From: Alphaproteobacteria bacterium
GTDB lineage: Bacteria > Pseudomonadota > Alphaproteobacteria > CALKHQ01
NCBI GenBank assembly: GCA_965227515.1
Contig: CBDDFZ010000002.1
Span: 896,001 to 960,000 of the forward strand
DNA: 64,000 nt
Reading direction: 5' to 3'
The notes under the pieces were generated by a model. It was not told the origin of the DNA and searched no databases. It saw only the letters and a program-made list of their open reading frames with translations. The position numbers were made by a program, and so were the translations under genes. This document shows, piece after piece, positions 1-10,401 of the stretch. Positions within the stretch are counted from its first letter, which is position 1. The number at the start of each line of letters is the position of its first letter.

Positions 1-427
1 GGAAATGGGTCAGCCGGTGGGCCAGCCCGACCCGCTTCAGCGCCGCCTCGGCCCGGTCGAACGCATCGTCCATGCCGGCGAACTCCATCGGCACCGCCAC
101 GTTCTCCAGCGCGTTCATGGTCGGGATCAGGTGAAACGCCTGGAACACGATGCCGACGTTGTTGCGTCGGAACAGCGCCAGGTCGTCCTCGCTCATGCCG
201 CCGAGCTCGTGGCCGGCGACGGTGACGGTGCCGCGGCTGGCTCGCTCCAGCCCGCCCATGATCATCATCAACGTCGACTTGCCGGAACCCGACGGGCCGA
301 CGATGGCCACCGATTCCCCGCTGCCGATGTTCAGGTCGATGCCGCGCAGGATGTCGACCGCGCCGGCGGCACTGGAGAGCGTCAGGTGGACGTCAGCCAG
401 GGCGACGACCTTGTCGGATTGCGGCAT
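1..427 (-). CDS. ABC transporter ATP-binding protein (YbbA/LolD-like), runs off the window start
   Basis: Manual translation from ATG 427: MPQSDKVVALADVHLTL..GESVAIVGPSGSGKSTLM (Walker A)..VGIVFQAFHLIP (Q-loop); GGAG RBS; divergent from the tesA-like gene as is usual. Not in the ORF track. Confidence 0.9.
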   Translation of the reverse strand, partial: MPQSDKVVALADVHLTLSSAAGAVDILRGIDLNIGSGESVAIVGPSGSGKSTLMMIMGGLERASRGTVTVAGHELGGMSEDDLALFRRNNVGIVFQAFHLIPTMNALENVAVPMEFAGMDDAFDRAEAALKRVGLAHRLTHF

Positions 428-639
428 GGTTTCTCCCATCTGGCCGGGATTCGGAGCGAAGACAGACTGCCTGTAAGTAAGGTGTTCGGGCCAGCCTGCA
501 AGCATGGCTCTACCATCACTTACGCGCGAACCGCCCAACCAGGTCACCGGACGGGTCACTATTTCGCCGGATTCGTCCGCACCATGCAGGCGGCATGCCG
601 TGCGCAAGCGGGCGCTGGCGACAAGCTGGAGAATGGGAC

Positions 640-1020
640 ATGCGGCGTATCATTCAGGCAGGGTTGGTCGTATTTCTGATGCTTGGCAGCACGGCCGGCG
701 CGCAGACCGTGGGCGAGGCTTGGGTTGGCGACTGGGAGGTGGCAGGCTCCAACCCGGACGGCTCCCCCTATAACGGCACAGTCACCATTTGGCGGACCGG
801 CGACACCTACCAGGTTGAGTGGATCGTCGGCGACCAGATCTTCAGCGGCACCGGAATCGCAGTGGGCGACCTGCTGTCGGTTGGCTATGACGGCGGTGTG
901 GCCGTGTATTCGCCCGGCGGCAAGGGCCAGTTGTACGGCACATGGTCTCCGATCGGTGGTGACATGCTCGGCACCGAGGTGCTCAGCGGGTTGACATCGA
1001 GCAGTGGCAACGACATCTGA
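640..1020 (+). CDS. Small secreted beta-rich protein
   Basis: Signal peptide ending AGA-Q; G.NPDGS.Y.GTV.I...G..Y.V.W motif. Confidence 0.7.
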   Translation: MRRIIQAGLVVFLMLGSTAGAQTVGEAWVGDWEVAGSNPDGSPYNGTVTIWRTGDTYQVEWIVGDQIFSGTGIAVGDLLSVGYDGGVAVYSPGGKGQLYGTWSPIGGDMLGTEVLSGLTSSSGNDI

Positions 1021-1053
1021 GGTGCTGGCTCAAGAGTTGAGGGAACGGCCGTC

Positions 1054-1701
1054 ATGACACCGCTTCGCACGACCGCTGGCCTTGTGGTTGCCGTAGCCTT
1101 TGCCGGCGCCGCAGCGCAGTCGGCCTTTGCCACCGAGGAACAAGTGCGCCTGTTGGTGCTGGGCGACAGCCTGACCGCCGGCTATGGGCTCTCGCCCGAG
1201 GATGGGTTCACCAGCCAGTTGCAGGCGGCCCTGCGCGACGCGGGCCTGGACGTGGTGGTGCTGAACGCCGGCGTCTCCGGCGACACCACCGCCGGCGGGC
1301 TCGCGCGGCTGGACTGGTCGCTGGGCGACAACCCGACCCATGTGCTGGTGGAGCTTGGCTCCAACGACGCGCTGCGCGGCATCGACCCGGCGGAGGCGCA
1401 ATCGAACCTGGATGCCATCGTCTCCCGCCTGATCGACGAGGACGTGCCGGTGATGCTGGCCGGCATGTATGCGCCGCCGAACTGGGGCAGCGAGTACTCC
1501 GCCGAGTTCAACGCCATCTATCCGGAGCTGGCCGAGGAATACGACGTGCCGCTCTATCCCTTCTTCCTGGAGGGGGTGGCGATGGACCCGGACCTGAACC
1601 AGCGCGATGGCATCCACCCCAACACGGCCGGTGTCGGGGTCATCGTCGACAATATCGTGCCCGATCTCCTGCACTGGTTGGCACCCGAGCTTGCTTCCTG
1701 A
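1054..1701 (+). CDS. tesA: Arylesterase / acyl-CoA thioesterase I (SGNH hydrolase)
   Basis: GDSL, NAGVSGDTT, GSND and DGIHPN blocks; signal peptide. Confidence 0.92.
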   Translation: MTPLRTTAGLVVAVAFAGAAAQSAFATEEQVRLLVLGDSLTAGYGLSPEDGFTSQLQAALRDAGLDVVVLNAGVSGDTTAGGLARLDWSLGDNPTHVLVELGSNDALRGIDPAEAQSNLDAIVSRLIDEDVPVMLAGMYAPPNWGSEYSAEFNAIYPELAEEYDVPLYPFFLEGVAMDPDLNQRDGIHPNTAGVGVIVDNIVPDLLHWLAPELAS

Positions 1702-1794
1702 TAGGTAAGCGCCCGGCGCCGCGCGGGCGTCGAGTCAAATGGCCGGGCCTGCAATCATGCGGTGTGGCCTCACGCCGGGGCAGGGGAGGCATTC

Positions 1795-2841
1795 ATGAAA
1801 TATCGCAAACTGGGGCGCACGGACATCGACGTGTCGCTGATCTGCCTGGGCACCATGACCTGGGGGCATCAGAACAGCGAGGCCGACGCGCACGCCCAGC
1901 TCGACATGGCGCTGGACAACGGCATCAACTTCGTCGACGCGGCGGAGATGTATCCGGTGCCGCCGCAGGAAGCGACCTATGGGCGGACCGAGGAGTTCAT
2001 CGGAACCTGGATCGCCAAGGGCGCGCCGCGCGACAAGGTGATCCTGGCGACCAAGGTCAATGGCTCGGCCGAGGCCCGGTTCAGCTATGTGCGCGGCGGC
2101 AAGCATCGGGTGGACGCCAAGAACATCGCCGAGGCGCTGGACGGCAGCCTGCGGCGGCTGCAGACCGACTATATCGACCTCTACCAGATCCACTGGCCGT
2201 CCCGCCCGACCAACAATTTCGGCCGGCTGGGCTATGTCCACAACGCCGATGCGGACTCGGTGCCGATTGCCGAGACGCTGGCGGCGCTGGCCACCCATGT
2301 GCGCGCCGGCAAGATCCGCCACATCGGCCTGTCCAACGAGACGCCCTGGGGCGTGATGGAGTTCCTGCGCATCGCCGAGGCGGAGGGCCTGCCGCGCGTC
2401 GTCTCGATCCAGAACCCGTACAGCCTGGTCAACCGCTCGTTCGAGATCGGGCTCGCCGAGATGGCGATCCGCGAGGATGTGGGCCTGCTGGCCTATTCGC
2501 CGCTGGCCATGGGTGTGCTGACCGGCAAGTACATGGGCGGCGCGAAGCCGGAAGGCGCGCGGCTGACCCTGTATGGCGACAAGATGACCCGCTACGCCGG
2601 CCCGCTGGCCGACAAGGCGTGCAGCCGCTATGTCACCATCGCGCGCGACCACGGGCTCGACCCGGCGGCGATGGCGCTGGCGTTCGTCAACCGGCAGCCG
2701 TTCGTGACCTCGAACCTGCCGGGCGGGACCAAGCTGGAGCATATCCAGACCATGCTCGACAGCCTGGACCTCGATCTGTCCGACGACGTGCTGGCCGACA
2801 TCGAGACCGCACATCGCGAGATGTCCAACCCCTGCCCGTGA
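1795..2841 (+). CDS. tas: NADP(H)-dependent aldo-keto reductase (Tas-like)
   Basis: LGTMTWG, DAAEMYPVPP, YIDLYQIHWP, GLSNETPWG, SIQNPYSL motifs. Confidence 0.9.
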   Translation: MKYRKLGRTDIDVSLICLGTMTWGHQNSEADAHAQLDMALDNGINFVDAAEMYPVPPQEATYGRTEEFIGTWIAKGAPRDKVILATKVNGSAEARFSYVRGGKHRVDAKNIAEALDGSLRRLQTDYIDLYQIHWPSRPTNNFGRLGYVHNADADSVPIAETLAALATHVRAGKIRHIGLSNETPWGVMEFLRIAEAEGLPRVVSIQNPYSLVNRSFEIGLAEMAIREDVGLLAYSPLAMGVLTGKYMGGAKPEGARLTLYGDKMTRYAGPLADKACSRYVTIARDHGLDPAAMALAFVNRQPFVTSNLPGGTKLEHIQTMLDSLDLDLSDDVLADIETAHREMSNPCP

Positions 2842-2902
2842 CGGGGCGCGGTTATTCTTGGCGTTGGTCAAATAGGCATGGCTGGATTTGGGGAGAACGC
2901 AT

Positions 2903-3442
2903 GTGGTTCGCCTGTTTGCCGGCATTGGCCTGCCCGATCGGGTGTGCGAGCGCCTGATCGAGGTGCGTTCCGCGATTCCCGGCGCGCGCTGGATCGATTC
3001 TGAGAACCTGCACCTGACGCTCAGGTTCTTCGGCGAGGTCCCGAACGACGTCGCCGACGACATCGACATGGAGCTGGGCCGCATCGCCGTGGCGCCGTTC
3101 CCGATCACGATCCACGGCGTCGGCCACTTCGAGAAGAAGTTGCAGCCGACGGCGCTGTGGGCGGCGGTGGAGCCGAACGAGCCGCTGGCGCGTCTGGCCG
3201 CGAAGACCGAGACAGCGGCGCGGCGGGCCGGGTTGTCGCCGGAACCGCGCAAGTTCCTGCCCCACGTCACGCTGGCGCGCCTGAAGCGCGCGCCGGTCCA
3301 TCGGGTCGAGTCCTTCCTGCGCAACCGCGCGGACCTGAACGTGGGCCCGATCGAGGTGCACGAGTTCTACCTGTTTTCCAGCCACCTGGGCCGCGACGGC
3401 GCCGACTACACCCGCGAGGCCGAATACCGGCTGCGGGGGTAG
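2903..3442 (+). CDS. thpR: RNA 2',3'-cyclic phosphodiesterase (2H family)
   Basis: Two HxT motifs (HLTL, HVTL), N-terminal RLF; GTG start after GGGGAG. Confidence 0.9.
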   Translation: MVRLFAGIGLPDRVCERLIEVRSAIPGARWIDSENLHLTLRFFGEVPNDVADDIDMELGRIAVAPFPITIHGVGHFEKKLQPTALWAAVEPNEPLARLAAKTETAARRAGLSPEPRKFLPHVTLARLKRAPVHRVESFLRNRADLNVGPIEVHEFYLFSSHLGRDGADYTREAEYRLRG

Positions 3443-3455
3443 CAAAACAACACTG

Positions 3456-3477
3456 TATATGCTATATTTGGCATAAT
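3456..3477 (+). promoter_or_regulatory. Putative TA promoter/operator
   Basis: TATGC(3458-62)..GCATA(3471-75) inverted repeat overlapping TATATT/CATAAT -10-like hexamers, immediately before the toxin start; no RBS. Confidence 0.45.
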
Positions 3478-3479
3478 TG

Positions 3480-3803
3480 ATGAGTTGGACCGTCGAAACG
3501 CTGAATGCAACGGTTGATCGGGAACTCGACGCTCTCCCTGTCGATCAGCGGGCGCGCTTCCTGCGGATCGCCAGCCTGATCGCCACAAAAGGTCTTGCTC
3601 AGGTGCAGGCGCCTTATGTCAAGCATCTGCAGGGCTCGTTGTGGGAAATGCGCATGAAGGGCCGTGATGGGATTTCGCGCGCCATTTACGTGACCGCTTC
3701 GGGACAGCGCGTCGTGGTGGTGCGCGTGTTCGTCAAGAAGACGCAGAAGACACCACGCTCGGAGATTGCGTTGGCGCTGAAGCGGGCCAAGGAGGTGATA
3801 TGA
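3480..3803 (+). CDS. Type II toxin, RelE/ParE superfamily (Gp49/HigB-like)
   Basis: LWEMRM.G..GISRAIY, FVKKTQKTP..EI motifs. Confidence 0.9.
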   Translation: MSWTVETLNATVDRELDALPVDQRARFLRIASLIATKGLAQVQAPYVKHLQGSLWEMRMKGRDGISRAIYVTASGQRVVVVRVFVKKTQKTPRSEIALALKRAKEVI

Positions 3804-4084
3804 CGAAGGTTGCAGACCTGCATCGGCGATGGATGAACGATCCAGAGTATCGCCGCGAATACGATGCGCTGGAGGAAGAGTTCGCGCTGGCAGAGGCTCT
3901 GATCGACGCGCGGTCGAGGGCGGATTTGACGCAAGCTGAAGTGGCTAAGCGCATGAAGACCACACAGTCGTATGTAGCCAAAATGGAAGGGCTGCGGGTT
4001 AACCCCTCGGTGGCGACCTTGCGGCGGTTCGCAGCCGCGACCGGCTCGCAACTGAAGATTTCCTTTGTGAAGGCGCAGGACTAG
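3800..4084 (+). CDS. XRE helix-turn-helix antitoxin (HigA-like)
   Basis: LTQAEVAKRMKTTQSYVAKMEG HTH; ATGA overlap with the toxin. Confidence 0.9.
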   Translation: MTKVADLHRRWMNDPEYRREYDALEEEFALAEALIDARSRADLTQAEVAKRMKTTQSYVAKMEGLRVNPSVATLRRFAAATGSQLKISFVKAQD

Positions 4085-4096
4085 GCTGCGCTCCGC

Positions 4097-4993
4097 CTAA
4101 CCCTCCTTCATCCGGGCCTCGCGTAGGGCGACGAACAGGCCACTGCCGCAGATGATGGCCGCGCCGACGAACACCCATTCGTCCGGCACCTCCTGCCAGA
4201 TCGCCCAGCCGTAGATGACGGCCAGCAGCATCGCCACGTACTCGAACGGCACCAGCAGGCTGACGCTGGCGTAGCGGAACGCGAGGGTGACCAGGAAGTT
4301 GCCGGTGCCGCCCAGCAGGCCGAGCCCGATGAACAGCAGCCAATCGGTGCCCACCGGCGTGATCCAGACGAACGGCAGCATGGCGCCGAAGATCAGCAAC
4401 GGCGAGGCCGAGACCCACAGCGAAACGGTGGTGCTGTCCTCGTGCATCACCATCCGCCGGCCGGTGAGGGTGAGCACGCTGTAGCTGAAGGCGCCGATCA
4501 GCGGCAGCATGGCGGCCCAGCCGAACACGCCGCTGCCGGGGCGGATCACGATCATCGCGCCGATGAAGCCGACGATCACTGCCGTCCAGCGGCGCCAGCC
4601 GACGGTCTCGCCCAGCAGCGGCACCGACAGCGCGGTGGCGATCAGCGGCGACACGAAGAAGATCGCGGTGGCGTCGGCCAGCGGGATCAGCTGGATCGCC
4701 CAGAAGAACGAGCCGATGGACATCACCCAGGTCAGGCCGCGCAGCAAGTGCGCCATCGGCCGGTGCGTGCGCACCCGCGCCCACTGGCCCTGGACCGCGA
4801 TGATGATGAACACCGGGATCTGGCCGACCAGCGCGCGAAAGAACACGATCTGGCCGACGTGGTAGCCCTCGCCGATCAGCTTGGCGACCGCGTCCATGGT
4901 CGCCAGCATCGAGATGCCGACCATGATCAGCAGCACCGCCAGGCCGTGGCGGTCGCGCTTCTGGTCGGCCAGGGCGGGTATGGGCGGTGGCAT
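4097..4993 (-). CDS. DMT/EamA family transporter
   Basis: About 10 TM segments, LLGETVGWRRW and PFEY motifs. Confidence 0.88.
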   Translation of the reverse strand: MPPPIPALADQKRDRHGLAVLLIMVGISMLATMDAVAKLIGEGYHVGQIVFFRALVGQIPVFIIIAVQGQWARVRTHRPMAHLLRGLTWVMSIGSFFWAIQLIPLADATAIFFVSPLIATALSVPLLGETVGWRRWTAVIVGFIGAMIVIRPGSGVFGWAAMLPLIGAFSYSVLTLTGRRMVMHEDSTTVSLWVSASPLLIFGAMLPFVWITPVGTDWLLFIGLGLLGGTGNFLVTLAFRYASVSLLVPFEYVAMLLAVIYGWAIWQEVPDEWVFVGAAIICGSGLFVALREARMKEG

Positions 4994-5054
4994 AGGCGGT
5001 GTGTTCCAGGTTTGCCGGCTTGACGCGGGGGCCACGCGCGCCATCATCGCCGTC

Positions 5055-5801
5055 ATGACACTCGATGCCCCCACCATCGCGGCCCTGCGCGCCGCCGCAG
5101 CGCCGGTCGTGGTGTTGACCGGGGCCGGCATATCACGGGAATCGGGCCTGCACACCTTTCGCGATGCCGACGGCATCTGGGCAACGGTGCGGATCGAGGA
5201 TGTGGCGACGCCGGAGGCGTTTGCCGCCCACCCCGAGCGCGTGCACGCCTTCTACAACGCGCGCCGCGCCGGCCTGCTGGACCCGGAAATCGAGCCGAAT
5301 GCCGCGCACGCCGCCCTCGCCCGGCTCGAGCGGGACTGGCCCGGCGACGTGCTGGTGGTGACCCAGAACATTGACGACCTGCACGAGCGCGCCGGCACCG
5401 CAAACCTCATCCACATGCACGGCGAGCTTCTGAAGGCGGTCTGCGCCCACTGCGGCAACGTCACCGACTGCCGCCACGACCTGCATGCGTCCGACCCATG
5501 CCTGGCCTGCGGGCACCTGGGCGGCATGCGCCCCCATGTGGTCTGGTTCGGCGAGATGCCGCTGCACATGGACCGCATCTATCGCGCGCTGGGGCAGGCG
5601 GGGCTGTTCCTCTCCATCGGCACCTCGGGCAACGTCTACCCCGCCGCCGGCTTCGTGCAGGCAGTGCCGCCGGACTGCGCCACCGTCGAGCTGAACCTGG
5701 AGCCGTCGGAGGGGGCGGATATGTTCCAGACCCACCTGCACGGCCCGGCGACCGAGATGGTGCCCGCGTTCGTCGAGCGCCTGTGCGGCGCGGCGGCATG
5801 A
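5055..5801 (+). CDS. cobB: NAD-dependent protein deacylase (sirtuin)
   Basis: GAGIS.ESG..TFR, TQNIDDLHERAG, HG, CxxC zinc pairs, RPHVVWFGE, GTSG. Confidence 0.93.
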   Translation: MTLDAPTIAALRAAAAPVVVLTGAGISRESGLHTFRDADGIWATVRIEDVATPEAFAAHPERVHAFYNARRAGLLDPEIEPNAAHAALARLERDWPGDVLVVTQNIDDLHERAGTANLIHMHGELLKAVCAHCGNVTDCRHDLHASDPCLACGHLGGMRPHVVWFGEMPLHMDRIYRALGQAGLFLSIGTSGNVYPAAGFVQAVPPDCATVELNLEPSEGADMFQTHLHGPATEMVPAFVERLCGAAA

Positions 5802-6385
5802 CCGAACTTGAGGAGGTGGCCGCGCGGGCGCGTGCCTGCACCATCTGCGCCCATGCGCTGCCTCACGCGCCGCGGCCGGTGTTCCGGGTCAGCCCGACCG
5901 CGCGGCTGCTGATCGTCGGCCAGGCGCCCGGCACCCGCGTCCACGCCTCCGGCATTCCGTGGAACGACCCGTCCGGCGACCGGCTGCGCGACTGGCTGCG
6001 GATGGACCGCGACCGCTTCTACGACACCGCCCACGTCGCCATCGTGCCGATGGGCTTCTGCTTTCCCGGCCTCGACGCCAAGGGCGGCGACCTGCCGCCG
6101 CGCCGCGAGTGCGCCCCCGCCTGGCACGCGCCGATGCTCGCCGCCATGCCCGACATCCGGGTGACCCTGCTGGTCGGCAGCTACGCCCAGGCGCGCTATC
6201 TGGGCAAGCGCGCCAAGCGCACCATGACCGAGACGGTCGCTGCCTTCCGCGACTACACCGCCGACGGCTTCTGGCCGATGCCGCACCCGAGCTGGCGCAA
6301 CAACGCCTGGATCAAGAAGAACCCGTGGTTCGAGGCGGACCTGCTGCCGGCGATGCGCGGGGCTTTGGCGGCAAGTGTGGGGTAG
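5798..6385 (+). CDS. Uracil-DNA glycosylase family protein
   Basis: GQAPG, PWNDPSG.RLR.W, PMGFCFPG, PHPSWRN; ATGA overlap with cobB. Confidence 0.88.
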   Translation: MTELEEVAARARACTICAHALPHAPRPVFRVSPTARLLIVGQAPGTRVHASGIPWNDPSGDRLRDWLRMDRDRFYDTAHVAIVPMGFCFPGLDAKGGDLPPRRECAPAWHAPMLAAMPDIRVTLLVGSYAQARYLGKRAKRTMTETVAAFRDYTADGFWPMPHPSWRNNAWIKKNPWFEADLLPAMRGALAASVG

Positions 6386-6420
6386 GTTTGAAGACTCACA
6401 ATTGCCACCAATACACAATC

Positions 6421-6672
6421 GTCATCCCCGGGCCATACAGTTGTCCCGAGGATCCACACCTGTCGCAAGGGACACTCGACGCCAGCAACAAGAGATATTG
6501 TCGTCCTCGCCCTTGTGGCGAGGACCCATTTATGGCCAATACGCCAATGGGTTGAGGTGAATCACTAAACTGCGGGGAGGCCGTCGGATATCCGGGTCTG
6601 CCTTTCAAGCCACTATCGGCACTGGTCCAGTCTGCTCCACAAATGGGCCCTCGCAACAAGTGCGAGGGCGAC
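6421..6672. repeat. REP/MITE-like palindromic element (family A), with an extra half copy at 6421-6456
   Basis: gtcgtcctcgcccttgtggcgaggacccat (6500-6529) and atgggccctcgcaacaagtgcgagggcgac (6643-6672) as inverted hairpin arms. Confidence 0.8.
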
Positions 6673-6688
6673 AAAGTTTTTTTGAAAC

Positions 6689-7261
6689 TCAGGCGCGTTC
6701 CGCGCCGCCGGCCATCGCCGCGACGATCTCCTGGAAACGGTCGGCGAGCGCGCCGGGCAGGAGTTCGGCGAACCTGTCGGCCAGCGCGCGGTAGTACCAC
6801 AGCGTGCCGTCGCGCCCGCCGGTGAACCGGTCCCACAGCGCCTCGCCACTCACCCGGTGGTCGTGCAGGATGGTGGTGGCGTTGTGGGTCTTGTCGGCGA
6901 GCGAGACCAGCAGCGACCGCGGCCGCTTGGCCGCCAGGCCGGCGATATAGGCCTCCTTGCGTGGGCGCCAGGCCGGCTTCGGGTCCTCCACCGTGTCAGT
7001 GCAGTCGGCCACGATGTCGCGCACGTCGTCGCCGAATTTCTGGCGGATCGTCTCCAGCGCCGCCGCGCCGCCCTGGTCCTCCGCCGCGTCGTGCAGCAGG
7101 GCCGCGATGGCCTGGTCCTCGTCGCCGCCATACTCCATCACCAGCGCGGAGACGGAGAGCAGGTGGGAGAGATAGGGCACGCCGCTGCCCTTGCGCACCT
7201 GCGCGCGGTGCAGCTCGGCCGCCAGCAGCAGCGCATCGTCGTAGCGTTCGGTCAGTTGCAT
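6689..7261 (-). CDS. HD-domain protein, small alarmone hydrolase/Mesh1-like
   Basis: H..Q.RKG..PY..H, AALLHDAAED, LADK.HN motifs. Confidence 0.85.
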   Translation of the reverse strand: MQLTERYDDALLLAAELHRAQVRKGSGVPYLSHLLSVSALVMEYGGDEDQAIAALLHDAAEDQGGAAALETIRQKFGDDVRDIVADCTDTVEDPKPAWRPRKEAYIAGLAAKRPRSLLVSLADKTHNATTILHDHRVSGEALWDRFTGGRDGTLWYYRALADRFAELLPGALADRFQEIVAAMAGGAERA

Positions 7262-7341
7262 TCGTTCTCCTGTTTTCGTGGGGGGATGGGTGGCATGTCG
7301 GTACGGCGCAGGACATTCGCTGCGCTGTGGACCGGGATGTG

Positions 7342-10338
7342 TCAGAGAGGAAGTAGCGCGTCGACGAGGCGCTCGATGGTTCGGGCCACGCCGTCGGCCT
7401 CCAACGTTTTCCGGATCAAGCGCCGCTTGGTCGTAAAATGCGCGTCTTCGGGCCATTCGACGCGCGCCGCGACCTCGGTGGCACGCAGTGCTGCGGCGGA
7501 AAGGTCCACGTGAAGCGCTTCGGCTGCGTCGAATTCGGGGATCGGCAGCGTCCAGACCAGATTGTCGAAGTCGCGCGGATCGCGCTGGCCGACCGGCTGG
7601 AGATCTTTCACCCGATCGAGCACGATGTTCGTGTTTAGGATCGCGGTCACATAGGCGGCTTCTTCGAGAGAGTTGGCGGCCGCCCAATAGGCCTTGTGGT
7701 CGACGATCACATCGTCGTCCTCGAGCCAGCAAGCGCTCAGCCGCGTTCCGGCTTTTGTATAGAGAACGCGGAGCGGAACGCGGTTGGCTTGAGCTCTGAG
7801 CATCCCCATCGCATCGAAGCGTTCAGCGAGTGACATGCGAGCCTTGCCATCGACGCCCTTGTTGCTGTGCTCGTTCCATTTTGCTTCTGCGTCGCGCAAC
7901 CAGGCGGCAAGGCCACGGCGTCCATGCGCCTCCGCGTCCGCCGCCGTTAGGATCGCGCCCTCCGCCATGGGAACCACACCCGTCACGAGATCGAGGAGCC
8001 GATAGGGCGCCACCGACTCGCCGAGTGCAATCCGCCGCAGGAAGGCCCGTTCGACGGGACCCTCAGGAGGCTCTACGTTCGTCCAGGGCTTCTTGTCGAG
8101 ATTGCCCACGCGGCCGCGCACTCGCGGCGCGTCACGACGGCTCAAGAGCCGCCCGGTCGCGGCATACTCTACCAGAACGAAACGGCGTGGAAAAAGGCTG
8201 GCACCATTGCGAAAGCGCTGTCGATAGGGTGAGGCAGAGACCAGCGTCCGCGGTCTCGGCCAGGCGGCACGGACATACGTTAGCGCCTCGGCCGCCTCGG
8301 CCTTACTGGCATCGCGTCGCGGAAGCACCCCGACCCAGCGATCGATCTCCGCAGGCGGTTGCCGCTCGCGGTCGCGCGATCCGAAGAGCACGCAGGTGCT
8401 CGTCGTGCTGCTGCCGGATTGCGCGCCGAAAATCGGCCATACACGCTCCAACCCCCACCCGCCGGTGATCGCCACCTTGACCCGCTGCATGTTCCCGTCG
8501 CGAATTCCGGCGAATACGGGAGCGTTTAGTACGGCATAGGGCAGGACGAGCGCCAGCGAACCGCCTTCACGCAAGTAGCGCTCGGCACCGCGTGCCCAAA
8601 ACAACGCACACATGTCCTGTTGCGTGGCGAGGTTGCCGCCGACCCAAACACCGTAGCTCTGCAGCGCGTCGCGCAGCCGGTCCTTCATGTCTGCGCTCAG
8701 GTGGCGATAGACGATCCAGGGCGGGTTGCCGATCAATACGTCGGCGCGGTGATCCGGATGGGACAACCACACTGGGCGCAGCAAATTGCGCAGGACGAAG
8801 GTCCATATGTGGTTGCGGTCTTCGAGATAGAGTTGCTTCAGTTGCGCGAAGGTCGTGCCGAGCATCGCCGCATCTTCGGTGGTGGCACCGGCCCGGGCGA
8901 TAGCGTCTCGTATCGCCTCCGGTTCGGCGAGGGTGTCGAGCCCGCGGTTGAGTTCGTCCAGCGCGCTTTCGAACAGTTGCTGATCGCTTGCCAGACCGGC
9001 GGGGATGCGCAAGGGCGGATCGTTCGGCGGTACATCCACCAACACCTCGGCCGACGCGCCAAGCGGGCGAAGGTTCCACTGCATGGAGTCGCCCATATAA
9101 ACGGGCACACTTAGCGTGGGTGGCCGATCCTGCACCAGGTCCCCCAGCGCCAGCAGCCAGGTGACACGTGCAAGCGCAATGGCGACCGGGTGTACGTCGA
9201 TGCCGAACACGCGATCGGCGCAGATCGCCACGATCTCGGCCGGCGGCAACCCTGCTTGCCGTCCCGCTTCGATCAGGCGGCGCAACGCGTGGAACAGGAA
9301 GGTTCCCGAGCCACAGGACGGATCAAGCACGCGCTGTTCCAGCGGGCGTGGGATCGCAGCCGTAACGACCCGCGCTGCCAGCCAGTCGGGCGTGTAGTAT
9401 TCGCCCAGATCGTGGCGCTCGTCGGGATCGATCAGACTCTCGTACAGACTCTTGAGTACGTCGACTTCGACGTCGCGCAGGCGAAAGCGCACGGTCTCTG
9501 CTGCAAGCGTGCGCACCAGATCATTGCCGCCGGTTGCGAGTAGCGGCCAGTCGAAAAAGTCAGCCTCGACGGCGCCGACGATGCCTTCGTTCGATAGAAG
9601 TCGGCCCGACAACATCTCGGCCGGATCGCCGATTTCAAGATCGAGGACGCGTGCCGCGATCGCCTTCACGAGGATGGTCAGGTAGGTGTGCTGGAGGAAC
9701 AGGGCATCGCTACCGACATCGTCTCCGTAGACTTGGCGCAGCAATCCATCCCACAGATTGCGCTTCAGACGCACCTCGGGATGGTCGCTGACCTCGGACC
9801 AAAGGCGCTCGAGTTCCGCATGCGCGCGGCCGAACGCGAGGCTATATCTTCCGAAGGAAAGCGCGACCGCGATAGGTGTCGGCATTACCTCTGGAACAGG
9901 CGCCAGCAGCGGTTCGAGTCAGCTCAGCAACCGCTCGGGGTGATTGACATCGACCTCGTAGCGGCCGATAGGCTTGAGCGCGTCGTGATCGAGCGTATAG
10001 GCGAGCACTGTCGCCCCGTCGGTGGCAAGACCGACCGTGGTGCGGCCGGGCGCGCTGTTGTGACTTGCATCGGCCAGGTAGGCCGGCATTCGGGCGAGCA
10101 CGTCGCGCTCTTCTCGCCGAAGATCGCTCTTGAGTTCAATGATCGTGGCGCCCCATGCCACGTCGATGCGCCCACTGTTGTCGACCAGGTATCGCTCGTG
10201 CTCTACCTCGCTGAATGCAGCGTCAAATCCTTCCCGCAGCAGTTCCGTGACAAGCCCGCGTAGCGCCTCGTGTCGCGGCCGGGAGGCCATCGAGCGGACG
10301 ATGTCGGGCAGGCGATCTTGGCGCCAACCATTTGTCAT
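7342..10338 (-). pseudogene. Fused restriction-modification enzyme (type IIG/IIL-like: PD-(D/E)xK nuclease + N6-adenine MTase + TRD) interrupted by an in-frame TGA at 9919-9921
   Basis: N-terminal GRID..IIELKSD; LGEYYTP, VLDPSCGSGTFL, IGNPPW; both ORFs are in the same frame: PERLLS*LEPLLAPVPEVMPTP. Confidence 0.82.
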
Positions 10339-10401
10339 ATGTCCCCTCCCGCTCGGGGGCTCACCGTTGCCGCCGCACGCACGAGCGAATATTCTGCCGG
10401 C

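Noticed and set aside
5-679. 224-aa plus-strand ORF
   Set aside because: Antisense to the ABC ATPase, which has clear Walker A and Q-loop motifs.
9919-9921. TGA as a selenocysteine codon or alternative genetic code
   Set aside because: The context suggests Trp rather than Cys, and TGA is used as a normal stop throughout the window (mdh, sucC, asd).
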